Positions 9,818 to 20,511 of a stretch of 64,000 bases of DNA are shown here, piece after piece. The notes beneath the pieces are model-generated. The model was not told the DNA's origin and searched no databases. It worked only from the letters and a program-made list of their open reading frames with translations. Origin of the DNA: Candidatus Latescibacterota bacterium (GTDB lineage Bacteria; Krumholzibacteriota; Krumholzibacteriia; WVZY01); contig CAWBQK010000013.1 of the NCBI GenBank assembly GCA_963791045.1, positions 192,001 through 256,000 of the forward strand. Direction: 5' to 3'. Positions within the stretch are counted from its first letter, which is position 1. Each line of letters starts with the position of its first letter. The translations under genes were made by a program, and so were the position numbers.

Positions 9818-10031
9818 TTCCCTCGCCCTCCTCAAGCTTGAACATCTCGTCGGCCGAACAATCGAAGTAACGAGCCAGTTTGAGTGCGAGCGGAAGGCTC
9901 GGGACATACCGGCCCCGCTCAATCGAAATGATGGTTTGTCTCGACACACCCATGGCCCGGGCCAGGTCCTCCTGGGTCAGACCGGCCCTTTTTCGGTAAT
10001 CCCTGACAGTGTTCAGGATGTTTTCACTCAT
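9810..10031 (-). CDS. XRE/Cro-CI family HTH regulator (COG1476-like)
   Basis: LTQEDLARAMGVSRQTIISIERGRYVPSLPLALKLARYF. Confidence 0.93.
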   Translation of the reverse strand: MSENILNTVRDYRKRAGLTQEDLARAMGVSRQTIISIERGRYVPSLPLALKLARYFDCSADEMFKLEEGEGNG

Positions 10032-10215
10032 GCGTATCGGTCAGCGCCTGCGTGATGAGACGGAATACGCTCAAAGCAAACGCGAACCCAAGAAGAAGCC
10101 CCTCAAGAAAAACAAGGCCTCCGACATTTCCGTAGTCCATGCGCGTAAGGAAAAGCGACAGACACAAACTCACCATCGCTATCGGGAGCAGTAGATTTCC
10201 CTTTTTTCCGAGCAT
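10024..10215 (-). CDS. Small two-TM membrane protein
   Basis: MLGKKGNLLLPIAMVSLCLSLF... with a GGGAGG RBS. Overlaps the XRE start. Confidence 0.6.
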   Translation of the reverse strand: MLGKKGNLLLPIAMVSLCLSLFLTRMDYGNVGGLVFLEGLLLGFAFALSVFRLITQALTDTHE

Positions 10216-10308
10216 GGCGACCTCCCTGTTGTTCCGGCTTGATATCCTGCCGTCGCCGGTATCCCTTCCCCGCCGGTGGACGGCGGAGCAGTTTTTCACT
10301 TGCATTTT

Positions 10309-10419
10309 ATGTAAAGCATGCTTTACATTTGAGATCCAGTCCGAGCCCTTCACAATGTCAAGCTGACTTTACATTCTAGAATAACCCCCCCACCCAAAAT
10401 TGTCAAGCTGACTTTACAT
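10309..10419. promoter_or_regulatory. Three operator-like boxes TGT(A/C)AAG-N4-CTTTACA
   Basis: Perfect palindrome ATGTAAAGCATGCTTTACAT (10309-10328). TGTCAAGCTGACTTTACAT at 10356-10374 and 10401-10419. Confidence 0.75.
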
Positions 10420-10566
10420 TTTTTGAGACTGCCGTTGATTCGAACGGAGCTCGCCCACGCTCCACGGGTCGAGATTCCCCGATAGGCAAATTTTCTTGAC
10501 ACCCCTCCGGGCCATATGTTCTACTCATTCAGCACGTTCAGAAACATTTGTAATTAGCTTATTATT

Positions 10567-11106
10567 ATGGAGATATACGTGACAAGGCTCAAGCAGCAAA
10601 CGGAAGACCCGCTTGACATCTTCATAAAGGGATGGGGACGGATGGGAATCTACTGGGGAGTCGGCAAAATGATGGCCGAGATCCAGGCCCTTCTCTATAT
10701 GAGCCAGGATCCTCTGGGTCTCGACGAAATGTCCGAGCGGCTAAAGACCAGTCGAAGCAACATCAGCCTCAACGTGCGCGCCCTCCAGGATCTTGGCGTC
10801 GTGCGGAAGATCATACTTCCCGGTGACCGCAAGGATTATTACACCGCGGAGACCGACCTCGAGAAGGTCGCGCGGAAACTCGCGGCGGTTAAGAAAAAAC
10901 GGGAGCTCGACCCGGCGCTTGAAATCGTCAACCGCACTTTGAGCGCGGCCGATGGAAACAACGGTGGGATGAATCCTGTCGGCAACGCCGTCGACACGCG
11001 CCGGCTCCAAGAGCTGGGAAATCTCATGCAAAAAATCGGCAGTGTTTTTGAAATGTTTATTGAAGACGACGAAACGGATAGCGATACAAAAACCCATAAC
11101 ATGTAA
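10567..11106 (+). CDS. GbsR/MarR-family transcriptional regulator
   Basis: WGRMGIYWGVGKMMAEIQALLY, LDEMSERLKTSRSNISLNVRAL, PGDRKDYY. Confidence 0.88.
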   Translation: MEIYVTRLKQQTEDPLDIFIKGWGRMGIYWGVGKMMAEIQALLYMSQDPLGLDEMSERLKTSRSNISLNVRALQDLGVVRKIILPGDRKDYYTAETDLEKVARKLAAVKKKRELDPALEIVNRTLSAADGNNGGMNPVGNAVDTRRLQELGNLMQKIGSVFEMFIEDDETDSDTKTHNM

Positions 11107-11121
11107 AGGGTCATCTTAGAC

Positions 11122-12144
11122 ATGTTGAACGCGATGAAAAAATACGAGGCTATGGGTTCGGTAATCGATCGCTGCAACGCCAGAGTGCTCGAGATCCTCC
11201 AGTCGAGCGACGTTCGCGAGGCGAAAATTGCCGCCGAGAGTTTCAAGAACGGCGGTAAACGCCTCCGGCCCGCTTTGATGATTTTGTCATCGCTCGCACC
11301 GACAAACGAACCCCTCGACGTCGTCGATCCGCCGCTCATCGATCTCGCCGCCGCGGTCGAACTCGTCCATTTGGCGACTCTCTTTCATGATGATGTTATT
11401 GATGAGGTTGAGACCCGCCGTTCCCAGCTGAGCGCGCGAGTCAAGTACGGCAATCATGCATCGGTTCTGGCCGGTGATTATGTTCTCGCCGAATCCCTGC
11501 TCCTCGTCCAGAAAAGCGAGCTCGCGCATACGATGCCCGAGTTCTTGAGGACTATCAGCGTCCTCGTCCAGGGCGAAAGCCGCGAGACAACCCACAAATT
11601 TGATTTCGATATCAACGAAGCCGCGTACTACGAGATAATTTCCGAAAAAAGCGCTTCCCTCTTCGCGTTGAGCTGCAAAGTCGGAGGGATGAGCCGTGAC
11701 TCGGAGTACGCCGATTTGCTGGGCCATTTTGGGTGGAATCTCGGGATGGCATTCCAGATGATCGACGATCTCGACGACATGCTCGACCTGCCGCGGGGGA
11801 TGGATGACTGCGACCTGAAGAACGGGTACCTTGCCCTTCCCCTGATTCGGACACTCAACTCGCTTCACGACGGACACCGGGAAGAACTCGTGGATATCAT
11901 TCGCGCGGGCGCGTTCACACCTGAAAACGAAAGACGGATCGTCTCGTTGTGCCGGGAACACGGCGGGTTCGAAGTTACGGCCAACGCGATCCACAAACAT
12001 CTCGACAGGGCCGGAGAAGCGATCGGCCGGTTCGAATCCGAGGGCGAGGCGCGGGTGCTTCTCGAGAATGTAGTGCTCGACCTCAAAACCTATGCGGACA
12101 TGCAGATAACAGAGCTTGCCGAGTTCACCAAAACAGGCAATTAG
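11122..12144 (+). CDS. trans-polyprenyl diphosphate synthase
   Basis: GGKRLRP, ELVHLATLFHDDVID..RR (FARM), AFQMIDDLDD (SARM). Confidence 0.93.
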   Translation: MLNAMKKYEAMGSVIDRCNARVLEILQSSDVREAKIAAESFKNGGKRLRPALMILSSLAPTNEPLDVVDPPLIDLAAAVELVHLATLFHDDVIDEVETRRSQLSARVKYGNHASVLAGDYVLAESLLLVQKSELAHTMPEFLRTISVLVQGESRETTHKFDFDINEAAYYEIISEKSASLFALSCKVGGMSRDSEYADLLGHFGWNLGMAFQMIDDLDDMLDLPRGMDDCDLKNGYLALPLIRTLNSLHDGHREELVDIIRAGAFTPENERRIVSLCREHGGFEVTANAIHKHLDRAGEAIGRFESEGEARVLLENVVLDLKTYADMQITELAEFTKTGN

Positions 12145-12208
12145 ATATTTTTCATCCAGCCGCTTGCGCCAACAAAATCAAAGAAGAACGCTTAAGGGGG
12201 TACCTGTC

Positions 12209-14560
12209 TTGTCGACAAAGAAAGATGTGGGACAGCTGTTCAACGATCTCGAATCGAACTTCGAAACGTGGGAAAAGGTCAAGGACTGCGCGGACCAGTT
12301 TATCGATATAATTCTCAACTATCGACAAAGCGGTCATCCGGGCGGCTCCCGATCGAAGGTCCACGCCTTTGTCGCGACACTTCTCGGCGGCATCATGCGG
12401 TGGGATATCCGCCACCCCGAGAAAACATTCGGCGACCGTTTCATCCTCGTTGCCGGCCACACGGTCCCTCTTGTATATGGAACACTCCCCGTTCTCTTCG
12501 AAGCCATGCGAACAAAACACCAGCAAACGGGCGACGACAGGTATCTCGTGGCCGACGCGAAAGACAGGGGCTTGTACTGGGAGGATCTCGTCGAGTTCCG
12601 CCGGAACAAGGGCCTGCCCGGTCACGCCGAGATGGAAGGCAAGACGCTCTTCCTGAAATTCAACACCGGCCCTTCGGGTCACGGCTCCCCGGCCGCCGCC
12701 GGCCAGGCGTTTGCGCTCAAGAGGGCGGGGGCTGGAGACGTCAACGTTTTTGCTTTTGAGGGAGAAGGCGGACTCACACCGGGCGCGGCACACGAAACAA
12801 TGAACTCTGCGTGGGGGCTCGGCCTCAGCAATATGATTTACGTGATCGACTGGAACGATTACGGCATCGACGCTCACAAGTACAGTTCCGTCATCGACAA
12901 GAGCCCGCGCGAGTGGTTCGACGCGCACGGGTGGCGGGTTCGCGAGTCCGAAGACGGCAACAACTGGGAATCCATCACGCGCTCCCTCGTCGATATCGTC
13001 CACGGGGACAATCCCGACAACCGCCCAAACGCGGTGTTTATGAAGACCCGCAAAGGCCGCGGCTACCTCAAGTATGACTACGCCTCTCACGGGGCTCCGC
13101 ACAAGATGAACTCGGATCTTTTCTGGCAGACGAAACAGCCCTTCATGGAAAAATACGGAGTCGAGTTCGAAGGATACAACCAGCCCGCCCCGGATGACGC
13201 GGACGCACAGCGCGAGCAGATGAAAAACAACCTGCAGGTTGTTGCCGACGTCATACGAAACGATCAGGCGATGGTCGACTCTCTCGCCGACACGCTCGTG
13301 ATGCTGGGGGATTCGGTCCCCGATAAACCCAGTGCCTTGAAAATCGATCTTTCCCGCAGTCCGCTGGAAGATCCGCGGTTGTTTGATTTCAAAAACTATC
13401 CGGAAAAGATGTTCGCCAAACCCGGCGACAAAAAACCCAATCGTGCGGGACTGGAAGCATTTGGCTCCTGGGTGAATTCCTGGTGCGGAAAAGAATACAA
13501 CCGGCCTCTCTTTATCGCGATGAGCGCGGATCTCGCCGAGTCGACGAACATTGCCGGGTTTGCCAAAGATTTCGACGGGCAAAAGGGATACGGGTGGTAC
13601 GAGCGCGACGAGAATCCGGACGGAACGCTCCTTCCCCAGGCGATCACCGAATTCGCGAACTCGGGAATCTCGGTGGGTCTTGCCTCCGTGAATTTCTCGC
13701 CAAAACCATTCGAGACATTCGATGGATTTCTCTCGGCGTGTTCAACGTATGGCTCGTTCTCGTATCTCAAGTACGGAATGATGCGGCTCTTCAGCCAACT
13801 CGCGCAGGACTCGCCGATAAAAGTGGGGCAGGTGCTCTGGGTGGTCGGACATAGCGGACCCGAAACGGCGGACGACTCGAGGACTCATTTCGGCGTGTTC
13901 TCCCCGGGCGTGACACAGCTCTTCCCCGAAGGCCAGGTGATCGACGTCCATCCATGGGAGTACAACGAGGTTCCCGTGGTGATCGCCGCCGCGCTAAAGA
14001 CCGGCACACCGATTGTCGCGCTTCATCTCACGAGGCCCCCGATCACCATCCCCGACCGTAAGGGACTTGGCATGCCATCGCATTTCGAAGCGGCCAGGGG
14101 CGCCTACGTGATGAGACCCTACAAGGACGGCGAGCCGCGAATGGGCACCGTAGTGGTCCAGGGAACGTCGACCACGAACAACGTCACAAAGATCCTGCCG
14201 GCTCTCGACAAAGAGAACCTCAACGTGAAAATTGTCGCGGCAATCAGCCCACAGCTTTTTGCCGCGCAAAGTGCGGAGTATCGTGAATCCGTGTATTCTC
14301 CACAAGATCGCATGGACGCGATGGCCGTCACGAACCGCTCCCGGCGTTTGATGGCGGACTGGATCGATCCTTCAATATCGGCGGATTTCACCCTCAGTTC
14401 GGATTGGGATGACAGGTGGAGAACCGGTGGAACACTCGATGAAGTAATCGAAGAAGCGAGACTGTCAGCCGACCACATATTGGACGGTATACGCCGCTTT
14501 GCAAACGCGCGCGCCGAACGGCTGGCCCGGATCGAACGGATCCTCAACGGTATCCGTTGA
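12209..14560 (+). CDS. tkt: Transketolase (long, divergent form)
   Basis: SGHPGGS, LPGHAE, NTGPSGHG, SADL, HSGPETADDSRTH. TTG start at 12209 inferred. Confidence 0.85.
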   Translation: MSTKKDVGQLFNDLESNFETWEKVKDCADQFIDIILNYRQSGHPGGSRSKVHAFVATLLGGIMRWDIRHPEKTFGDRFILVAGHTVPLVYGTLPVLFEAMRTKHQQTGDDRYLVADAKDRGLYWEDLVEFRRNKGLPGHAEMEGKTLFLKFNTGPSGHGSPAAAGQAFALKRAGAGDVNVFAFEGEGGLTPGAAHETMNSAWGLGLSNMIYVIDWNDYGIDAHKYSSVIDKSPREWFDAHGWRVRESEDGNNWESITRSLVDIVHGDNPDNRPNAVFMKTRKGRGYLKYDYASHGAPHKMNSDLFWQTKQPFMEKYGVEFEGYNQPAPDDADAQREQMKNNLQVVADVIRNDQAMVDSLADTLVMLGDSVPDKPSALKIDLSRSPLEDPRLFDFKNYPEKMFAKPGDKKPNRAGLEAFGSWVNSWCGKEYNRPLFIAMSADLAESTNIAGFAKDFDGQKGYGWYERDENPDGTLLPQAITEFANSGISVGLASVNFSPKPFETFDGFLSACSTYGSFSYLKYGMMRLFSQLAQDSPIKVGQVLWVVGHSGPETADDSRTHFGVFSPGVTQLFPEGQVIDVHPWEYNEVPVVIAAALKTGTPIVALHLTRPPITIPDRKGLGMPSHFEAARGAYVMRPYKDGEPRMGTVVVQGTSTTNNVTKILPALDKENLNVKIVAAISPQLFAAQSAEYRESVYSPQDRMDAMAVTNRSRRLMADWIDPSISADFTLSSDWDDRWRTGGTLDEVIEEARLSADHILDGIRRFANARAERLARIERILNGIR

Positions 14561-14595
14561 GGCCATCACTCAGAAGCAGGCGCCAAATCCCCTGC

Positions 14596-15165
14596 TCAGC
14601 TCTCCGGAGGTGGGGTTGATTTTGGCGCGACAGGCGCGGCCCCAGCCGGAACCGCATCGAGACGTTCGCGCTTCGCCCGACTGTAGACAAGCCAACCCGC
14701 GACAATCAGCACCAGCGGCCACAACCGGATTAGCGGTGTCAAGACACGTGATCCTGACGAACCGCGGACAGCCCAGAAACAAACCACCGCTGCGATCACG
14801 GCGGCGAGACCGACAACCAGCGCGGCCCCCGGACGGTCCCCCGTCGCGCCGAGTGCGAGGAGTCCGATTCCCGCGATCAGCGGAAAGAACGGCCACAAAA
14901 TTCTCATCTCCCCCCACGGGAGCATTCCCGTGGAAAAAACAAAGAAAAACGCGCCCAGACCGGACATTACCAATCCGGCAAACAACTGCTCGGGCGCCCT
15001 GCCGCTCGCATAGACCTTCAGCAAAAACACACCGCCGATCAGTGGAAACAACGGCCAGATGGCTTCCCATCCGAACCACAGGAGCCCGTTGTTGACCAGA
15101 AGGAAGAGAAGCCCGAGACCGGCGAGGAAAATGCCGAGAATTTCCCTGTTTCTACTCTTTATCAT
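14596..15165 (-). CDS. Multi-pass membrane protein (LiaF-TM/DUF5668-like repeats)
   Basis: Repeated IWPLFPLIGG / LWPFFPLIAG / LWPLVLIVAG motifs. Confidence 0.75.
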   Translation of the reverse strand: MIKSRNREILGIFLAGLGLLFLLVNNGLLWFGWEAIWPLFPLIGGVFLLKVYASGRAPEQLFAGLVMSGLGAFFFVFSTGMLPWGEMRILWPFFPLIAGIGLLALGATGDRPGAALVVGLAAVIAAVVCFWAVRGSSGSRVLTPLIRLWPLVLIVAGWLVYSRAKRERLDAVPAGAAPVAPKSTPPPES

Positions 15166-15343
15166 TGTTCGTCCTCTTATGGTTTGGCGACGGTAGATTC
15201 TTGAACGCCCGTGGAAAAAAGTCAATGAAATGTGAATTGCCAGCATCCGGCAAATCCAATATACTGCGTTTGCTCGAAAAAGGTGTATCGACCGCGGCGT
15301 GACAATCCCGTCACGTCGAAATCCCAAAAGAGAGTCAAACATC

Positions 15344-15988
15344 ATGATCGGAGACAAGGTCGTTCCAAAACCTCACCACACGGCGGCGGCGGAAGCCATT
15401 TTTGTCCACCTCAAAAAGAGAATGGAGAAAAAAAGGACGGCAATCACCGTCGCAGGCGAGTCAGGCAGCGGCAAATCAGAGATAGCCGTCGAGCTCGAAA
15501 GACTCCTGGCGGGCCAGGGGGCTAAGCCCATCATTTTTCAGCAGGATGACTACTTTTTTCTTCCCCCCGAAACCAACGCTCAAACCAGGAAGAAAGACAT
15601 CAAACATGTGGGGCTCGGAGAGGTAAACCTCGCGCTGCTCGACGAGCACGTCCGACTGTTCAAATTCTCACCGGCGGACGAGATCGAAAAACCGCTCGTC
15701 ATCTTCGCCGAAGACCGCGTGACAAAAGAGAAGACTGCCCCGGCAGACTTTGATGTCCTGATCGCGGAGGGCACTTACACCACGCTTCTCAACCACGCCG
15801 ATTTCCACGTCTTTATTGACAGAAGCTTCGAGGAAACGCTCGAACATCGCAGGGAACGCGCCCGCGATCCACTTGACGAGTTTTCGGAACGTATACTTGA
15901 GATCGAACACAACATTATTTCAAAACACAAGAGCCTGGCCGAAATCGTTGTAAACAACGACTACACGGTCACATGGGCCGGCGATTGA
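15344..15988 (+). CDS. Uridine-kinase-like P-loop kinase
   Basis: Walker A AGESGSGKS, QQDDYF, LIAEGTY. Confidence 0.8.
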   Translation: MIGDKVVPKPHHTAAAEAIFVHLKKRMEKKRTAITVAGESGSGKSEIAVELERLLAGQGAKPIIFQQDDYFFLPPETNAQTRKKDIKHVGLGEVNLALLDEHVRLFKFSPADEIEKPLVIFAEDRVTKEKTAPADFDVLIAEGTYTTLLNHADFHVFIDRSFEETLEHRRERARDPLDEFSERILEIEHNIISKHKSLAEIVVNNDYTVTWAGD

Positions 15989-16012
15989 CACCAAGGGAGA
16001 AGCGAGACAACA

Positions 16013-17251
16013 ATGGCAAAGATCAAGAGCATTTGCATGCTGAGTGTTCACGGTTATTTCGACCCGGAACCCGTTCTCGGCGCCACCGATACCGGCGGTC
16101 AGGTGGTGTATGTCATCGAACTGTCGAAGGCTCTAGCCGAACTGGGGATAAAAGTCGATATCTACACGCGTCAATTCGGCGGTCGCTCCCAGATCGACCC
16201 GATCAACGATGACGTCCGTGTCATTCGCATACCCTGCGGCAACGACGAGTTCATCCGCAAAGAAGATCTCTTCCCCCACCTCGACGAATTCGTCGACAAC
16301 ATGGAAGCCTTTATTAAGGACAACGGGCTTGGTTACGACCTCTTCCACTCACACTACTGGGATGCGGGGTACTCGGGCATGAATCTCGCGGAGAGATTCC
16401 GGCTGCCGTTTATATACACGGCACATTCATTGGGGGCGTGGAAAAAAGAACAGATGGGCGGAGACCCGCAGGAGATGGAAACACTCTTCAAGTTCAGCGA
16501 GAGGATCCATTGGGAAAACATCATCTTCCGCCGCGCCACGGCGCAGACGGTCACCACGTTGGACGGCGAGGAGACTTACGAGCGGCTTTATGATTTCAAA
16601 AGTGACAACATGATCATCATACCGCCTGGCGTCGATGTCTACCGGTTCCGGCCGGAACCACACACGGACACGCCGCCGGTCGAAACGCCCGAAGATTTTG
16701 TGTTCGCGCTGAGCCGGATCGATTCAAATAAGGGGATCGACTTTCTCATCAAGGCCTTCGATCATGTCAGCAAGCAAAGCGACACACAGCTTGTTGTCGG
16801 CGGCGGTTCCAAAAATCCAAAACAACACGAGATCGATGTCATGAAGGGCCTCACGGACCTGGTCGACTCGCTCAACCTCAATGACCGGGTGACATTCACC
16901 GGTTATGTGCCCGACGAACACCTCGACACTTACTACAGGAACGCCCGCGTATTCGTGCTCCCATCGAAATATGAACCATTCGGCATGACGGTGCTGGAAG
17001 CCATGGGATGCGGGACCCCGGTCGTTGCCACCGGTTTTGGAGGGCTCCGGCACGTGCTGACCAATCGTAAAGACAGCCTCCTCGTCGACCCCTCGAACTC
17101 CGAGGAACTCGGCTCCGCGATTGGCGAGATTCTGACAGACGAGTCACTCGCCGCGGATCTTCGAAAGACCGGCCTGAAACTGATCGAGAAGAAGTTCTCC
17201 TGGCAGAGTATTGCAAGGCAACACGTTGATTTTTATGTAAATTACGTGTGA
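16013..17251 (+). CDS. GT4 glycosyltransferase, mannosylfructose-/sucrose-phosphate synthase-like
   Basis: HGY..LGATDTGGQVVYV, HSHYWDAG, HSLG, EPFGMTVLEAMGCGTPVV. Confidence 0.88.
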   Translation: MAKIKSICMLSVHGYFDPEPVLGATDTGGQVVYVIELSKALAELGIKVDIYTRQFGGRSQIDPINDDVRVIRIPCGNDEFIRKEDLFPHLDEFVDNMEAFIKDNGLGYDLFHSHYWDAGYSGMNLAERFRLPFIYTAHSLGAWKKEQMGGDPQEMETLFKFSERIHWENIIFRRATAQTVTTLDGEETYERLYDFKSDNMIIIPPGVDVYRFRPEPHTDTPPVETPEDFVFALSRIDSNKGIDFLIKAFDHVSKQSDTQLVVGGGSKNPKQHEIDVMKGLTDLVDSLNLNDRVTFTGYVPDEHLDTYYRNARVFVLPSKYEPFGMTVLEAMGCGTPVVATGFGGLRHVLTNRKDSLLVDPSNSEELGSAIGEILTDESLAADLRKTGLKLIEKKFSWQSIARQHVDFYVNYV

Positions 17252-17425
17252 GGCGCGGGAAAAAGCTTTTGACCCAAAGCGGTTTTTCTATTAAATTTTA
17301 CCGGTCGGGACGAACACCTGAAAGAACTTCGCTCCGACCCAAACGCAATTTCTGGAATCAATAAGCGTTACTACCAGGGATCAATCCGCAACCACGAAAT
17401 CGTCCCCCTGAGACGAGGAGGTAAC

Positions 17426-18055
17426 ATGCGAGACTTACTGTCGATAGCTATCCTGATACTGGTCGCGCTCGGCCTGATGACATCGAGCTTCGGACCATCA
17501 TTTGCGGCCAAGGGTGAGAACCCGGTTGTTTGTCTGACGACAACATCCGGTGACATCGTGATCGAACTCTTCGCCGACAAGGCGCCGGAGACCGTCGACA
17601 ACTTCATGACCTATGTCGACGCGAAGTTCTACAATGGCCTGATCTTTCACCGTGTTATTTCCGGTTTCATGATCCAGGGCGGTGGGTTCACCGAGTCAAT
17701 GTCCCGCAAAGAGGGCAACGCCCCGATCAAGAACGAAGCGGACAACGGCCTGTCGAACGAAAATGGTACCGTCGCCATGGCCCGAACCGGCGAACCGCAC
17801 AGCGCATCATCACAGTTCTTCATCAATGTCAAAGACAACAAGATGCTCGACTTCAAACAGAAAACCGCGCAGGGATGGGGTTACTGTGTGTTCGGCAAGG
17901 TAATCGGCGGCATGGATGTCGTGGAAAAGATCAAGGCCGTCAAGACGACGAGCAGAGACGGTTACGACGACGTTCCCGTCGAGCCCGTCGTAATCGAGAA
18001 GGCCTACCAGATGGGTCAGGACGAGGTCAAAGCAATCAAAGCCAAGAATAAATAA
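17426..18055 (+). CDS. Cyclophilin-type peptidyl-prolyl isomerase with signal peptide
   Basis: FHRVISGFMIQGGG, GTVAMAR, SQFFIN, GYCVFGKV. Confidence 0.95.
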   Translation: MRDLLSIAILILVALGLMTSSFGPSFAAKGENPVVCLTTTSGDIVIELFADKAPETVDNFMTYVDAKFYNGLIFHRVISGFMIQGGGFTESMSRKEGNAPIKNEADNGLSNENGTVAMARTGEPHSASSQFFINVKDNKMLDFKQKTAQGWGYCVFGKVIGGMDVVEKIKAVKTTSRDGYDDVPVEPVVIEKAYQMGQDEVKAIKAKNK

Positions 18056-18085
18056 CGTCCGAACCTTGCAAAGACAGAGAAACAG

Positions 18086-18120
18086 AAACCGCCGGATCCT
18101 GGTATCCGGCGGTTTTTTTT
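18086..18120 (+). terminator. Rho-independent terminator
   Basis: AAACCGCCGGAT / ATCCGGCGGTTT stem ending in a T8 run. Confidence 0.9.
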
Positions 18121-18188
18121 CGCATCAAAAATTGATCTGAGATTCATTATAAAGAAGGGGCTATCCAGATCGAAGGCGCCGCGGCGGG

Positions 18189-20243
<2,055 letters not shown>

Positions 20244-20511
20244 TCAACAGCCCGTATCGTCGTTCACTCTTTTCGAGCATACCAAAATCACACGGGCCTG
20301 TGTAGGCGAATCACCCCTAATCGGTTGCTTGCCCTTGATTTAGGCATCATCGGGGAAATTCGAGTCACCACAACCCGCATTGGTATGCGTATTGATGCTT
20401 GAAATGGTTCGAGGATTCTGATACCAAAGGTGTTACGTGTGGAACGGAGGCTGCTCACCCTCGGCGATGACACTCTCTGGGGCGCGGGCACAAACTAACG
20501 ACCGTAATTAC

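Noticed and set aside
10309-10419. Mini CRISPR array
   Set aside because: Only three ~20-bp units with ~25-bp gaps and no cas genes. The dyad symmetry and position beside an XRE gene fit operators better.
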